From NCBI GenBank assembly GCA_016748015.1, contig JAAOMT010000128.1, positions 1,557,538 through 1,621,537 on the forward strand: DNA of 64,000 nt. The letters are read 5' to 3'. Origin of the DNA: Geosiphon pyriformis uo1. Taxonomy: Eukaryota > Fungi > Glomeromycota. Position numbers and translations under genes: made by a program. Shown in pieces: positions 1 through 14,060 of the stretch (position 1 is the first letter of the stretch; each line of letters begins with the position of its first letter). The notes below the pieces were generated by a model. The model did no database searches and was not told the DNA's origin. It worked only from the letters and a program-made list of their open reading frames with translations.

Positions 1-2230
1 CTGGTTGTTTTAATAAGAATAATTAAATAAATATTAATTAATATTTTTTTTAATCAAAAATTTTTAAAATTTTTAATATTTAGGCTCTTTTTTATTAAGC
101 AAAAACAGATTTTAAAACTAGACAAAAATTTAATAAATTTAAAAACATATTAACAATTTACTTATTACAGTATTTTTATAACTTGTTTAAAATACTTAAT
201 AAGTCTGTTATTTTATTATTAGAAAAATTTCTAATTATGTTCAAAAATTTATTCTATTTAATTTTATTTATAATTTTAATAAAAGTATTATTATTAATAT
301 AATTAAAAAAACCATAATAATACTATTAAAAATAAAAATATTTATTAGAAATAATGTATTTTTTGGTTTAATTTCTATACAATAAAATTAACAAATAATA
401 TAATATTATTTAAATTTAAAATAAGTTTATTGTTTATAACTAAGTAATTTAAATCTATTTTATAAAAAAAATATTTTAATATTGCAAATTATATAGTTTT
501 TATTATTAATAAAGTTTTTTATATGTTTTTTATAATTGTATTAATTTTATTTAACTTAATTTTATAAGATTTAAAAAGTTTTAAATAATACTAACTTAAT
601 AATATTAAATTTAAAATTATTATATATTAAAGCACTAATTACAGATATTTTTAAAGAGTTTTTAATTATTTATGCACTTATAAAATAATTAAAAACACTC
701 AAATATAAAACAGATAATTTAAAATTTTAATAACTAAAAGTTTTATACATGATAATTCATTATATCAAAATTTAAAAAACATTTATAATGTTTTTAAAAT
801 AATTTTACATGATATTTAAATTTTTAATTAATTTTAAATTTACAAAAGCTTTAAATATAAGTATAATCTAAAACAATTTTTTTTTTAAACTTAAATTATC
901 TAATATTATTAATATTTTTTAAATAATTTTTATTAATTTGCTTATATAAAACAAACAATTATATATTTAAAAAACTATTCAAATTAACAAAAATTATTAT
1001 AATATTATAATTTATAGAAAAAAAAGTTGCATATTAAAAATATTATAAATAATTATAATATTATTAAGAAAAAAAACATAAGGAAATTAATTGTTTTTTT
1101 ATGTTATATAAATTTTTTTAAGTTATAATTCTTATAAAAAAACTACTAAAAAAAGAGTTAACTAATTTCAAATTCAATCATTTTTTGAAATTAATACTAT
1201 ATTTTAAGTTATTTTTGTTAAAATTATTATTTAAAACAACAAAAGTATTTTTATTAACTGCTTTTGCAATAAATAAGTTAATAACAGAAATCTGATTTAA
1301 ATATATATTAAAAAAAATCTTAATATACAAATATAATATTAAAATTAATATATTATTCTTAAAAAACAAATAGATTAACAAAAAATAATTTGGTATTTTA
1401 ATTATTTTGTAAATATATTTAATAATAATATTATCTACAATAATAATAATTTCAAAATTCAAAAATTTTAAGTTTAAATTAGAAATAAATATTCAAATTC
1501 TATCAAATCTTTTTATAATTCAAAACTTAATATTATATTTTGTTTTTGTTATAATAAAAATAAAAATATTTATATTTTTAATATTACATAAATTAATTTT
1601 TTAAAGTAAATTAGTTATTATAAAAATAAAAAAAGTAAAAAACCAGAATTAATATACAAATAATTCAATCTAATTAAGACTAAATTTATAAAACTTTTAA
1701 GCACTAACATCTTAAATTTTAGATTACCAACTTTGACAATAAAAATTTTTAAACTAAAAAAAAACTATTAGTATTAATTAAAGAAAAAAATTATTAAAAG
1801 TATCTAATATTTTTAATTATTAGAAAAATTACAAATTTTACATATTTTAATAATAATAATAATAATAAATAAATATAATTCGTAAAAAATTACAAAGATT
1901 TAATTTATTATAAATTTTAATATTTAAGAATATTCAAATAAAAATTTATAAAAAACACAGCCAATAAAAGAACAACCACAATAATATTAAATAAAAATAA
2001 AAATATAAAAACTATAATAAAAAAAAAACATTAAAATAAATTTTATTAATAATCTAAACTTAAAATATGTTATTAAATAATATTAATTAAACAATAAAAA
2101 CAGCTTTTTTAACATAAATAATAAAAAGTTTTTTTTCCTTAATCTTAAAAATTAACCAAATTTATATACAAACAAAACATAACCAAATTTTATATATATA
2201 AAACAAAAAAATAAATTTAATTTAATTTAC
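1..2230 (-). mobile_element. Degenerate non-LTR (LINE) retrotransposon, copy A: ORF1 3' end, APE-type endonuclease, and RT start running off the left edge
   Basis: The ORF at 1178-1462(-) reads ...INLFIAKAVNKNTFVVLNNNFNKN..SINFKK, a transition-degraded version of the LINE endonuclease motif VVLGGDFNE. It is homologous to 35477-35836(+) and ~29450-29700(+). Very low GC; boundaries approximate. Confidence 0.75.
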
Positions 2231-2599
2231 TTTAAACCAATAAATCTGTTTAATTTTGATTATTAAATTGTATTAATGCTTTTTATTACAGTTTTATTAA
2301 TTGTATTTTAATTGATTTAATTAATTTATAGTTTTTACTAAAATTTTTATTAAAATTTCTTTAATTATTATAATTTAATTTATATAATTATTTATTGGCT
2401 TTTTGAAATTAATGTTTATAATATTATTAATCTTAATCAAATAATATTTTTAACACAGTTTTTTTAGATATAAAAATAATACAAATAATTTTACAGGATT
2501 TTAAAAAATAAAATACTTTTTTAAAATTATTTATATTTAAAAACAATTTTCTAATTTATTTTAATTTATTTTAAAAAAAAATACCAATTATTATTAAAA

Positions 2600-3950
2600 T
2601 ATTAATATTTAAAATAAATAATATTACTTATAGAATAAAACAAAAAAAATATATAATATAATTAACCAATAATATAACAAAAATTATTAGAATATGTAAT
2701 ATTAGAAATTTTAAAAATATTAACATAATAATTTAAAAAAAGTGTAAAAATCATTAAAAATTTCAAAAAATTTATATTATAAAGATTTATATATATATAA
2801 TAATAATAAATATAAAAATAAAAAAACAAACAAGTTTAATTTAATTTTTATTAAATAATTTCAATAGTTAAAAATTTAACACTTAAAATAAAATACTTAT
2901 TTAAATAAAATTATTATTTAAATTTTCTAATATTTAATTTTTATAAATCTATATTTATTTTAAAATTTATTTAATTTTAAATTAATATCAATAGTATTTA
3001 TGTAATATTATTAATTATACTAAAACAATAAATTTTAATTATAACTATTAACAAAATACTAACTTATATATTCTTATTTTTTTATTTTTGTTGTTGTTTT
3101 TTGTTTACTAATTGATTAAAAAAAAACATTAAAATTATAATATTAAAAATTATTTAATAAAAAACACAGAAATAAACATAAAATTAATTAATTATATTGC
3201 TTATCAAAAAAGTAAAAAACACCAAAATAAACTAATTATTACACTAAAAAAGTTAAATATTAAATATTATTTATTATTATTATTAAATTTTTATTATTAA
3301 AATCTTTAAATAAACTAAAATCTTTAAATTTTAATCAATAATATTTGAATATTAACTTATAACTTAATATATTTAATAGCTATTTGTAATAATAACTTTT
3401 TTATTAAGATATTTACACTAATTTAAAAATGATAAAAGAAAAAAATTTATTAAACCATATTATTGTTTTTTAAATTAATTAAAAACTTATAATAAACAAA
3501 TTTATAATTTATTTTTATTAATAAAAAAACAATTAATTAAATTATGTAATTAATAAACTTTAATATAATTTTTTTAAATTTGTTTTTAATAATTATAATA
3601 ATTTCTTATTGTAATATTTTTTACCAATTAAAATAATAAGTTAAATAAAAAAAAGTAATTTTAATTATTTAATGGTTTTTTTTTGTTAAAAAAAACATTA
3701 CTTATATAATTATTAAAAAAAATTAAAAAATTAAATTTATAATTAAGTTAATAATTATATATTATTTGGTTAATATATGTAATAATTAATAAAAATTAAG
3801 ATTTTTAATTTAATACTATTATAAAAAAATTTATTGTTTATTAAATAACTTTAATATTTTTAAAATAGACTTAACATATTTAAAATAAATTTTTTAACAA
3901 AAAAGTGTATTATAATCTTAGTAATAGATTTTTTTATTAACTTTAACCTT
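2600..3950 (+). mobile_element. Degenerate LTR-retrotransposon relic (LTR plus leader)
   Basis: 3020-3200 (..ttttaattataactattaacaaaatactaac..poly-T..aattataatattaaaaatt) is homologous to ~28980-29110(+) and to the reverse complement of ~51700-51900. Confidence 0.5.
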
Positions 3951-4434
3951 ATTTTTGAAATGTTAATTAGCATTAATCTATAAACTTGAACTGTACTATT
4001 AAAAGATATCTTATAAAAACTTAAAAAGACTTTCCAAACACTTTTAAACATCTTGGCAAAGCAATTACAACCAGTCTACTTTTAAAAACTCAATTGCTTT
4101 TTGTATTCAATTATTATAGTCATATAATATATTTTATACAGTTTTTCTAATGTTCATTTGATGACCTTTGATAAATTTTACAATTATTCTTTTCTTATCT
4201 AAATGTTCTCAATAGTTTTGGTATTAGATATTGGAAGTTTGATGTAAATGATCATTTTTCCATAGGTTGAATTTTATATATATCGTATTATAAGAGCAAA
4301 CGCAAAATTCTCTTCACAATTCGTCCTGAGCTATAAGTCAAATTAGTATCGTGTTTATTATTATGTACAATTCGGCAAGGTGAAAACTTAATTTTAAGGG
4401 TTCAAAATATCCAGCCAATGTTCCCTTGCTCGAC

Positions 4435-5425
4435 TCATTCCTCCAGTATTCTAACAGGCATCCTTAACACTTGGGGGACTGTTGTCCCCTCCGCCCGAAG
4501 TATGAATTCATTAATCTTCTCAAGGAACTTTTCCTGTTTTGTCATCTCATCCTAAAGAATAAAATGTCACCATATATAAGCATCCGAAAGCCACATCTAC
4601 AAGCATCAAATTGGTCTAGACATACATGAAATATCGCCATCGTCCGAAGCTAAATGGTACAGGGGCAGAGGCGAGCTCGGTTGCAAAGAAACGACCGTCA
4701 GGAAGCATGTTAAAAGCGTAGAGAGTCAGCCGGGTGCCTAAAGAGAAAGGAAATAACCATCAGAAAGTATTTCTCGGCAATCACAAAATTTATGTCATCG
4801 CACAACTGCTACTAACCAACTGCCTGAGAGCTGAACACCTTAATCTTAGTCGCTAGCTTCACATCGCAGTCAAGATGGTTTTGCAGCAACATCACCAAAT
4901 TCATGACCTCCGTTCGGAAAGTCTTTTTCGTGTCATTCATGGTGTGATCAACAGTTGCATTCCAGGGGGGGGGGGGCCAGCAACTTCCATGTGCCATACT
5001 TCAAACCGGTCAGAGTTTCTTGTTGCCTTTGCATCGACAAGCACAATCCCCGAGTTGGTCGACGATTTTAACATTTTGGCGGTGCAGGCGTAGGACTCTA
5101 CCCAATCGAAATTGAGTGTCATCGTAAAATTTGAAGAGCGATGCTAAATGTATTTTCACTCGCCGATTTTCCGGCTCATAGTGTGATGAACATCGACGAG
5201 ATTGAAGCTTATTTTTAAAGGAGTGATTGTTAGCATTCCCGTAGGCGCTCTTTGATGTAACTGATAGATATTAACAGCAAACTTACAAGTCAAGAAGAAC
5301 CTTCTCGCAATACAGCCAGAAAAGTTCCTCTCAAATATCTGGCACCTGAACCAAGACAGCCTGCTTGAAATCGGCCGCATTCTTCTGTGGAAGGTGCAAA
5401 ATATGTTAAGATGAATATTGTGCAC
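4435..5425 (-). pseudogene. Pseudogene of a multicopy Glomeromycotina-type family with a C-terminal restriction-endonuclease-like (PD-(D/E)XK / Crinkler REase-like) domain
   Basis: Spliced reconstruction: ..FDWVES..VDAKATRNSDRFEVWHMEVAGPP/WNATVDHTMNDTKKTFRTEVMNL..KIKVFSSQAV|GTRLTLYAFNMLPDGRFFATELASAPVPFSF../MAIFH|DEMTKQEKFLEKINEFILRAEGTTVPQVLRMPVRILEE*. Two GT-AG introns, a frameshift in the G12 run at ~4965-4976, a frameshifting deletion near 4643, and an in-frame stop at 5156. Family assignment is from recall. Confidence 0.6.
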
Positions 5426-5948
5426 GTGTCCTGAGAAATTCCAGAGATATGCTTGCCCGGAGAGTGTTGTCTATATAGTGCTCGTGTGCAGATGTCCAAA
5501 TTGCAGGATTTTTATCACGCAACGAAAGTTAAAATATTTGGCTATTACAAGCCTTGGTTCAGAAGAGACAGACATGGGTTGAAGTGAGAATTTTTTTAGA
5601 TAGTACCTCAAATAGTGCACGCCCTTGGGACCAACCATATTAATTCAATTGAAAGAGTACGCATTTCTGGTGCATGGGAAAAACACGATAAACAAAGACT
5701 CGAAAAGCCTAAAGCTGTTCGAAACAAGTTTTACTTGTCCGTTTTTGTAATAGTAGTTACAAAATTACTAACAAACATTGTGTAGTCAGAAATTTCCTTT
5801 TTTGTTTTAGCTTTTGGGTAGAAATTTTCATAAAAAAGGAGCGATCGGGAATGAAAAGAGTAAAAGAAACCAAAAAAACATCAAATAAAAATACTTTACT
5901 TTCAAAAACTTTTTTTCTTTTAAAATCATCATTATCTAAAATTACAAG

Positions 5949-6614
5949 ATGGTCAAAGCAGAATGGAATGGGAAAGGTAATATTTTCTTTTCGATATGGC
6001 AGTATTTATTCAAACATTTGAAATCTTTATAAAATTCGTTCCTTTCCCCCGTTTTCTCATGAAAAAAAGTAATTGCCGACTCGGATACCTATGAAACGGT
6101 AGAAGGCAATATCTATGTAGGTAAAAAGTAAATTTAGTTTTTATTGATTTAAGATAACTATATCTCTCCCTTTTGGATATCCTCAAATTCATTCAACTAG
6201 TTCCCACCATCAAGTTTGAAGAAAGAATATTTTGTCGACAGCTCTCATCACACCACGTGTCCATTTAAAGGGGAGGCATCTTATTATACAGTATCTGTTG
6301 ATGGTATGTAGGCTATGTTTAAAAAAAAAAAAAAATTTTTTTTGAGATTGTTTTCTCTGGATTTCAAATTTATTCTTGGATAAATTGTGTTAATTTTAAA
6401 CATTAAATTTTTTCTGTTTCCTCTTCAGGCAAAACCAACAAAGATGCTGCATGGTAATTTAATTTATATTTTTTTTATAATTTCACCACCAAAAACTCGA
6501 TCATTGAACAATTCATCCTTTAAACATAATAGGTACTACCCAAGTCCAAAATCAGCGGCATCGAACATCAAAGATTACGTAGCTTTTTGGCGTGGTGTTA
6601 CCGTGACAAAGTAA
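5949..6614 (+). CDS. DUF427 (NTP_transf_9) domain protein, 5 exons
   Basis: Spliced: MVKAEWNGKVIADSDTYETVEGNIYFPPSSLKKEYFVDSSHHTTCPFKGEASYYTVSVDGKTNKDAAWYYPSPKSAASNIKDYVAFWRGVTVTK*. Has the hallmark TxCPxKGxASY and AAWxYPxP motifs; four GT-AG introns. Confidence 0.92.
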
Positions 6615-7338
6615 AATAGCTGAAAGTATGTATAGTATAATATAGTATAGGATAGTATAGCATAGTATAGTGTAGTAGTAGTTATATGTTTTTGTTTGAA
6701 GAAAATCCAAAAGTACGAATAAAACTCCAAAGTTTTGAACTAATCAGGGAAATTGGGCAAGGGTGAAGCTGAGCCAAAATGAATAAATACTTTTCCTTCT
6801 TCACATGTTCGTGCCTCATATTTGGAGAATTAGTTTCGTTTCTTTATTTAATCCATTGAGTTTTTCCGAGTTATAACTCTTTGATATTTTTATTAATTGA
6901 ATTATACCCAAACTTTGAACTTTTATGAGATATTTGGATAATTGAAAAAAATCTTTTGTCTTATCATCCGAGATATAGGGGTTTTTACAAGATTGTAAAA
7001 TCAAATATCAACTATTTGTTGGAACCGGTAAATTAAAGTTTTCCTTTTAAGCTGTTCATAAAAATCTAAATTACTCTAATGTTTGACAATGATTCGTTAA
7101 ATTTGAGCTTTTTATTAGTATTATCTCATCATTTAAAATGACAGATTTTCATCAATCCCAAATATTTATCCTGGGCTTTTTGAAAATATTCGAGGTTTCT
7201 GTCTAAACGCTATGACTTGTGCTATCACAACAAATATTCATAACGTCTTTCTTTATTTCCAAATTTATCAAAGATGGATATTATCTTTAGATTTTTTTTT
7301 CAATTAAAAAAATCAAAGGCTGTGCATTAAGGCGGATT

Positions 7339-7411
7339 GCCTTCTTGGCTCAGTTGGTAGAGCGTCTGCCTAGTAAGCAGAAGGTCGTCAGTTCGATTCT
7401 GGCAGAAGGCA
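7339..7411 (+). tRNA. tRNA-Thr(AGT), intronless
   Basis: Acceptor stem GCCTTCT/AGAAGGC, D arm GCTCAGTTGGTAGAGC, anticodon arm TCTGC-CT-AGT-AA-GCAGA, T loop GTTCGATT. Confidence 0.95.
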
Positions 7412-9133
7412 ATATTCATTTCTATTCTGTAATATATTCGAAAATTCTTTCTTTAATAGATTTTTAAGTTTTGAATTGAAGCAGGAAAAAAGAATTATTT
7501 TAAAAACTTTTGGCTGAATAATTAATTTTGTGGAATCGAAGTCTTTACGAAACTTATTGAATGTTATTCCCAGATCTTATAAAGGGTAGAGGTGTTGGGG
7601 GTAGACAAAGTGTTAATATTTATCGTAATCATATTTGCACACATACACACATTCGTGAATAAGTAGAATAAATGCCATGTAAATTATTTAACGGTTCTAA
7701 CGGTTACAAAAGAAGAAATACAAAAATAGATCTTGACAAAATATTTACTTTATATTTTTTGTGATACAATGACTTTTGTGAGGCCCACTGTATTACCCTT
7801 GTTAAGATTTTCAAAAAGATTCGATATTCAGAAATAACTATATTATCATTTATACTATTAATGAATAGGCTCCAACATTATTTCATTCCTTTATCTCCAA
7901 GTTGTTTTCATCAACGTCTTTAAAAATCAATTATTTATCCACGTCTTTAAAATGTTTTAATGGGATTTAGTTGTGTGGAGATTGTGCGGGGGTCAATCAA
8001 GAACCTCAATTTTATTGTCCCCAAACCACTTTTACGGTCATTATCTTGTTGGAAATTGAGAACATTGGGGGTGATCTCAGAGAATGAGTTCGTAAAAGAG
8101 ATGAAAGAGTAAATTTTAAAACTTGTAAAATAATGAACGTTATCTGTATTTTAACGAGTTTACAAATACTCTTTTGAGGTGTGTGTGGTTTTATTAATTT
8201 TGAAAACCTTTTGACTTATTTAATCAAAGATTCTTTTATTTTTATTCTGAATATCCAAAATGTTTAGCCTGAAATGAAAAAATCAAAAGTGAAATGAAAA
8301 AAAAAAGTCCTACCATTATTCAAATTCTAAATTGAACATCCGCTAAATGGGGTTCACATTTGTGGAATAACCAGATTATTGGAAGGTACTAAGATAACTA
8401 AAAGTCCTTCTAGGATTTGATAATTCTAAATTTCTAAAAAATTTTTTTTTTAAAAAGTATATATATATATATATTGTCAAGAAAATAGTGTTTTTCCTAG
8501 TAATATTTCATATTTTAATGAATTGATCTCTCTAATGGTGATGGGTATTTTCTTATATTCTTTTTCTTTATTACTTTGCTTTTTTGCTTTCTTTGTGACT
8601 TTTATCCCTTTATTTTTCACAGTTATTTTTGAACCATCAATAAAATTCCAAAGTAATGGAAATTATCCCATCATTTGGGATCCCCAATAACATTGAACGC
8701 CGCGGGTGATAAATTCAAAAACTTTTCTAGACAGTTAGCACACATACCCACTATGACCTATCCCATTGTAGTGTATTTAATGTGGCGGTGAGGTAATCAT
8801 CAATGCTCATTTTTCCATAGATCCCCATACTCAGCATTAGAAAATGTTGTTTTACCGGTTAAATTTCGCTTTTGAAGGGATAATGCTTCGGTTGGGAAAT
8901 AATTGCACAGATTATTAAAAATATATTAAGGTTAACAAGGAGACCATTTTGGGATGATGCAGCGGATTTCTTTGACAAAGGAGGGGGATATGAAAGTTAT
9001 CTATTATCGATATTAGACGACGAAAATATTTTTAAGAGAAATAAGAATTTATATTATTATCCGTTATTTTAAATTGTTATAGCCTTGGGTCGTCTATAAT
9101 CTATCGTAAAACTAATCAATTTATGCTCGAAAT

Positions 9134-9145
9134 ATGATGATGATA

Positions 9146-9220
<75 letters not shown>
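9134..9220. repeat. (GAT)n microsatellite
   Basis: Near-perfect GAT tandem run. Confidence 0.95.
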
Positions 9221-10265
9221 CTGTAAGTTGGTTTAAAAATAAAATTGGTTTGTGAAACAGAGTATAATGCTAAATAACGCTAAGGGAACAATAAAAAATA
9301 ACTCTAAGAAACAATAGAAATAACTAAGATTTCACGTTTTTGGTTTATTATCAATCTATGAAAAGCCATAATAATTTGATTGGGGAGGATTTTTTATTTC
9401 AATTATGTGTCAATTTCTAGAGATTTTTGAATTTTCATGATAATAGCATGGTTTATTATGGTGGGAATGAAAAACCACATAAACTTGAGGATTATTTATT
9501 AATAATAAATAAAAAAAGTTAGACAATCAAAGTTGGGATTTTGGAAATTTTAACAATTTTAAAATTAAAAGACATTGAAAAAAACCAGTTATTGAAAATA
9601 AGATAAACTCCCAATCAAACTAATAAAGTTTTTTTTTATTGGAGTGATGATAAAACTATTTCCATAAAATCAATTTTTAGTTGGCATAAGTTTTTTAAAG
9701 TTTAAAAGAACAATGATTTTAATTTACATTATTTTTTGTAATTGTCTAGAATATCGCATTACTTATCACATAATTGAAACTTTAAGAAATTTACATAGGC
9801 TTCAAAAATTTCTCAGAACGCTTCAATAACATTGAAATCAAGTATCATTTTCTCAAGCTAATTTTCTAGTTATTTCAATTATTGAATAATTTGAAAGGAG
9901 TACCATGATTTCTTGGGGCCAACACTTTTGATAATAAGGCTACAACTACCTTAGTTTGTAAATAAACGCGTTATTATGATAAATTACAAACCGAAATTTC
10001 TAGTTCTTACTGTATAACCTGAGATAACAATCATGGTTTTAGAGCAAGTTAACCCTTCAAAAATTAATTATGTCTAATTGATTAAAATCAAATCAGCAAG
10101 CGGTTTATTTTGTGACATTAAAGATTAAAATATAATCTAACTAAAGATGATTAAAAATTGGGGTACACACAAACAACGCGTCAGTTGGTTGGGGATTTGT
10201 AAACATTTGAGAAACATATTGGAAATCAAAAAAAATTCTAATGTAAATTAAAAATTAAGTATTGT

Positions 10266-10280
10266 ATATATATATATATA

Positions 10281-10356
<76 letters not shown>
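10266..10356. repeat. Compound microsatellite (TA)n(TATC)n(TC)n
   Basis: Directly visible. Confidence 0.95.
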
Positions 10357-10359
<3 letters not shown>

Positions 10360-11192
10360 AACCCTGCATATTAATAAATTCCCAAAAAAAATCCGCGCTT
10401 TTCCCAAAAAAAATTTCTCAACTCCAAAAGGGATCTAGACAGTTTGGTATTGTAGTTAAAACCTTCTGAACTATATAAACATCAGATGAATATAAGGTAA
10501 ATCTTGGAATAAGCAGGGTTATTTTGAAAACATGTTTACGTTTTAAAGAATTTTCTCATTTTATAAAAAAAAATTCAATTAATTTTGATTTAATTTAAAT
10601 AGATACCACTTTTATCCTGGTTCGAAAACCCCCACAGATTCCCAGGAATTGGATTCGATTGGATTCTTTTTTAATTGATTCATCACTATTTATTTATTTA
10701 TTTATTTTATTTTATTTTATTTTATTTTATTTATTTACCTACCCTGAAAAATTATTTCTTTTGTTTACTCTCTCAACCTAAATAAACTTTTTATGACTTT
10801 TCTCAAAGATTTTTAATTTAAAATCTGGGGTTTTATCAGTTCTCAATAATAATATAAAATTTTCCTAACTAAACACATATATATATATTATATCGATTAA
10901 TCCGTTAGTATTAATCGATAAAGTTTTCATAAAATTGGAAAGAACGACGAATTTGATTTTTAAAAAAAATTAGTACGAATGAACCCTTCTTTGGAATAAT
11001 TTAAAAAATGAGAGATAGTAAATTTTCTATGATTTGATATGATATGATTTGATTTGATTTGATTTGATTTGATTTTGATTCAAGTTCAAAGTATAATTAT
11101 TATTATTATTAATAATGAAAATCTTTGATAAATTACTTTTCTATCTACCCTTCCTACCCACATAAATACATACATACATACATACATACATA

Positions 11193-11227
<35 letters not shown>

Positions 11228-11927
11228 TTTTAATTTCCGAAAGATAAGAGAAAAAAATACAAGGTTTGAAATTTAGTTTAATTGTTTGTCGGTTTTAATT
11301 TTAAAAATTTTAAATTTATAAATATTTGGATTTATTTACTTTATTTACTTTATTTTTGTATACATAACCTTTCTTTTCATTTATGGGATTTTATGAAATA
11401 TTTTGTTATTATGAAATAAATAATGAAATCATTGTGATCGATTTTTTTTTTACCCAATCATTAAAAAAAAAAAATGTTTATACCATTTATAATAAATAAA
11501 ATAATTCTTTTTAAAAGGATTATTAGATTTTTAAATTTCCGTATTATATTTTTCGAAAAAATAAAAAAATAAAAAAAATTAATCAAATAAAACTTAATCT
11601 CACATTATTTAAAAGAGGCTCCGATTCAAGATTTTTTACATTTGAATCATATTTAAAAATATATATATATATACATACATACATACATACATACATACAT
11701 ACATACAAACATACAAACATACATCATCGTGAATATCTTTAAACGTTCTTATTAGCGCTTCAAATTAAAATTACTCGTTACACTTTAAATTTTTCCCTAC
11801 TAATCTCAATTCAGTGAGAATATATATTAATTTGAAGATTTTTTTTTTATTAAAAAAAAAAAAAAATGTGAACCCTTGATTAACTAATTTAAAAAAAAAA
11901 TCTTTTCTTGTGAGAAAGATTGATCAA

Positions 11928-11961
<34 letters not shown>

Positions 11962-12534
11962 TATTGTTTTGAGTTGTTGGTTATCGTTCAAACTTTAGTA
12001 TTAAAAAATTATCTTGAAAAAAAAAAAACAAAACCTTAAAATTTGATTCGGAAATTAACTAACCTATTTTTTAATTTGATCTAGTAAGTTCCAAAAAAAA
12101 AAAAAAAATTTTTTTTTTTACCATTTTAATCAATAAAATTCTTCGATCTAAAGAATTTATATCGTTATCGTAAAAATTTAAAAAAAAAAAAAACCGTTTA
12201 TATTACATCAGTTTGAAAATAAAAATACTAAATTTTTTTTTTCTTATCTTTTATCGTCGAGGATGATATTAAGATGATCCTTTTTCTATCATTTAATAAA
12301 TTTGCTTTTTAATTAATATTTCTTTTTATGAATTGAACTGCGGTAGCGACCATTTTTAGTAAAAATTTATCTTTTGCCACATTTCCTTTTATGAATGGAT
12401 GGATGGATGAATAAATAAATAAATGAATGAATGAATAAATAAATGAATGGATAAATAAATAAATGAATGAATGGATACTATATATCAAAATGTCTAAGAG
12501 GCTCATAACCTTTTTCTTAAAGGTGGGTACCCAA

Positions 12535-12557
12535 AACCAACCAACCAACCAACCAAC

Positions 12558-12596
<39 letters not shown>

Positions 12597-12599
12597 CCA
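12535..12599. repeat. (CCAA)n / (CTAACCAA)n tandem repeat
   Basis: Directly visible. Confidence 0.9.
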
Positions 12600-12823
12600 T
12601 CCATCCATATTTTTGATTTGTTTGTTAGTTATGTGTGCAGGAAAAACCTGCTCTTCACGATTCAGATTATATTGTGATCATCTTTAATATTTACTATTTC
12701 GGTTAAATGAATAGAGCTAACCTTTTTACCACGGGCAAATATTTTGATTTCTTATCAAGAATTCCCGGGTCTCCAATTTTCTTTGAATAACCGGGATTTT
12801 TTAAAATAACAACCTTTCCATTA

Positions 12824-12946
12824 TTAGTAATAGTAGTAATAGTAGTAATAGTAGTAATAGTAGTAATAGTAGTAATAGTAGTAATAGTAGTAGTAATAGT
12901 AGTAGTAATAGTAGTAGTAATAGTAGTAGTAATAGTAGTAATAGTA
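12824..12946. repeat. (TAGTAGTAA)n-type microsatellite
   Basis: Directly visible 9-12 bp units. Confidence 0.9.
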
Positions 12947-14053
12947 TCCTGCAGAGTAATTTATCACAGAATCTTCTGAGTACTATAATTGATTTCTTAT
13001 TCTCTATGATATCTTTTTAATTTTAATTTCGAGAAGATTCGATCTATTCCCAAGTTCCCAAAAAAATACAATTAATGAAAAAAAAATGTTATCTCCAATA
13101 ATAATAAACGTGGGAAACAATTTTTTCCTAATGAAAAAAAGAGAGCTTGTATGTATTAAGAATAAAATCTTTTTTTTTCTCCGTTGTTTCAAAAAAATTT
13201 TTTTTTTTTTTTTACCATTTTTGAATTATCATGAATTAATGAATTAATGAATTAATGAATGAATGAATGAATGAGAAGAAATATTATTCTAGAAAACCGA
13301 AACCAAAATTTTGATTTCACAAAAAAAGATTTTTTAATTTTTTATATATAAATTTTTTAAATTTTTTTTTTCAAACGAGTCTTTTTTAAAGGTTCTTTCT
13401 CATAGTTATTTTTTAACCGTTATTTCATCGAATCAAAATGAATCTTCTTTCATTCACATAGGTATTTTTTTACCTTTATTTCGTCGAATCGAATCAAATC
13501 AAAATTTTTGATCTAATAGTTTTTTTTTATTTAAATGTTTTTTTTTCTTATTTCCCAATAAAAGTTAATACCCTCAATCTATCTATCTATACAGGTCAAA
13601 ACTTGGCTCAAAATGTCAAAGATTATTTGAAATTAAAAGTGACAAACAAGATTTTCAAAAATTCTTACCTTTTTTTTTCATTAGTCTAATGCAAGATAAA
13701 ATTATGACATTTTCGATAGTAGTTGTAGATAAGGAATACCATTTCCTCTATTTGGGGCTCCGAGTAATTGATCGATTGATGAAGTTCGTAATCGATTCAG
13801 TCTAACAATTTAAACTCTATGGAGTAACAGAAATGAATCTAAATCAAAATTAAGAAAGGTGATTGAATCCATTGCGGTTTATTAACAAAAAGATTTCATA
13901 AATATTTTCGATATACTTTTTATTTGTTTCAAGGGTTTTTTAAAGTTATTTTTTTATGTGTATCTGTGTCTGTGTCTGTGTCTGTGTCTGTGTCTGTGTG
14001 TATACCATTAATGTTACTGTTGTTTTTGTTGTTCAAAAGAATGAAAAATTTTC

Positions 14054-14060
14054 TATAAAA
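14054..14060 (+). promoter_or_regulatory. Possible TATA box of the DPBB gene
   Basis: TATAAAA about 220 nt upstream of the ATG at 14275. The AT-rich context makes this weak. Confidence 0.25.

Noticed and set aside
12535-12599. (CTAACCAA)n as an interstitial telomeric repeat
   Set aside because: It grades out of a (CCAA)n microsatellite and is not TTAGGG-type.
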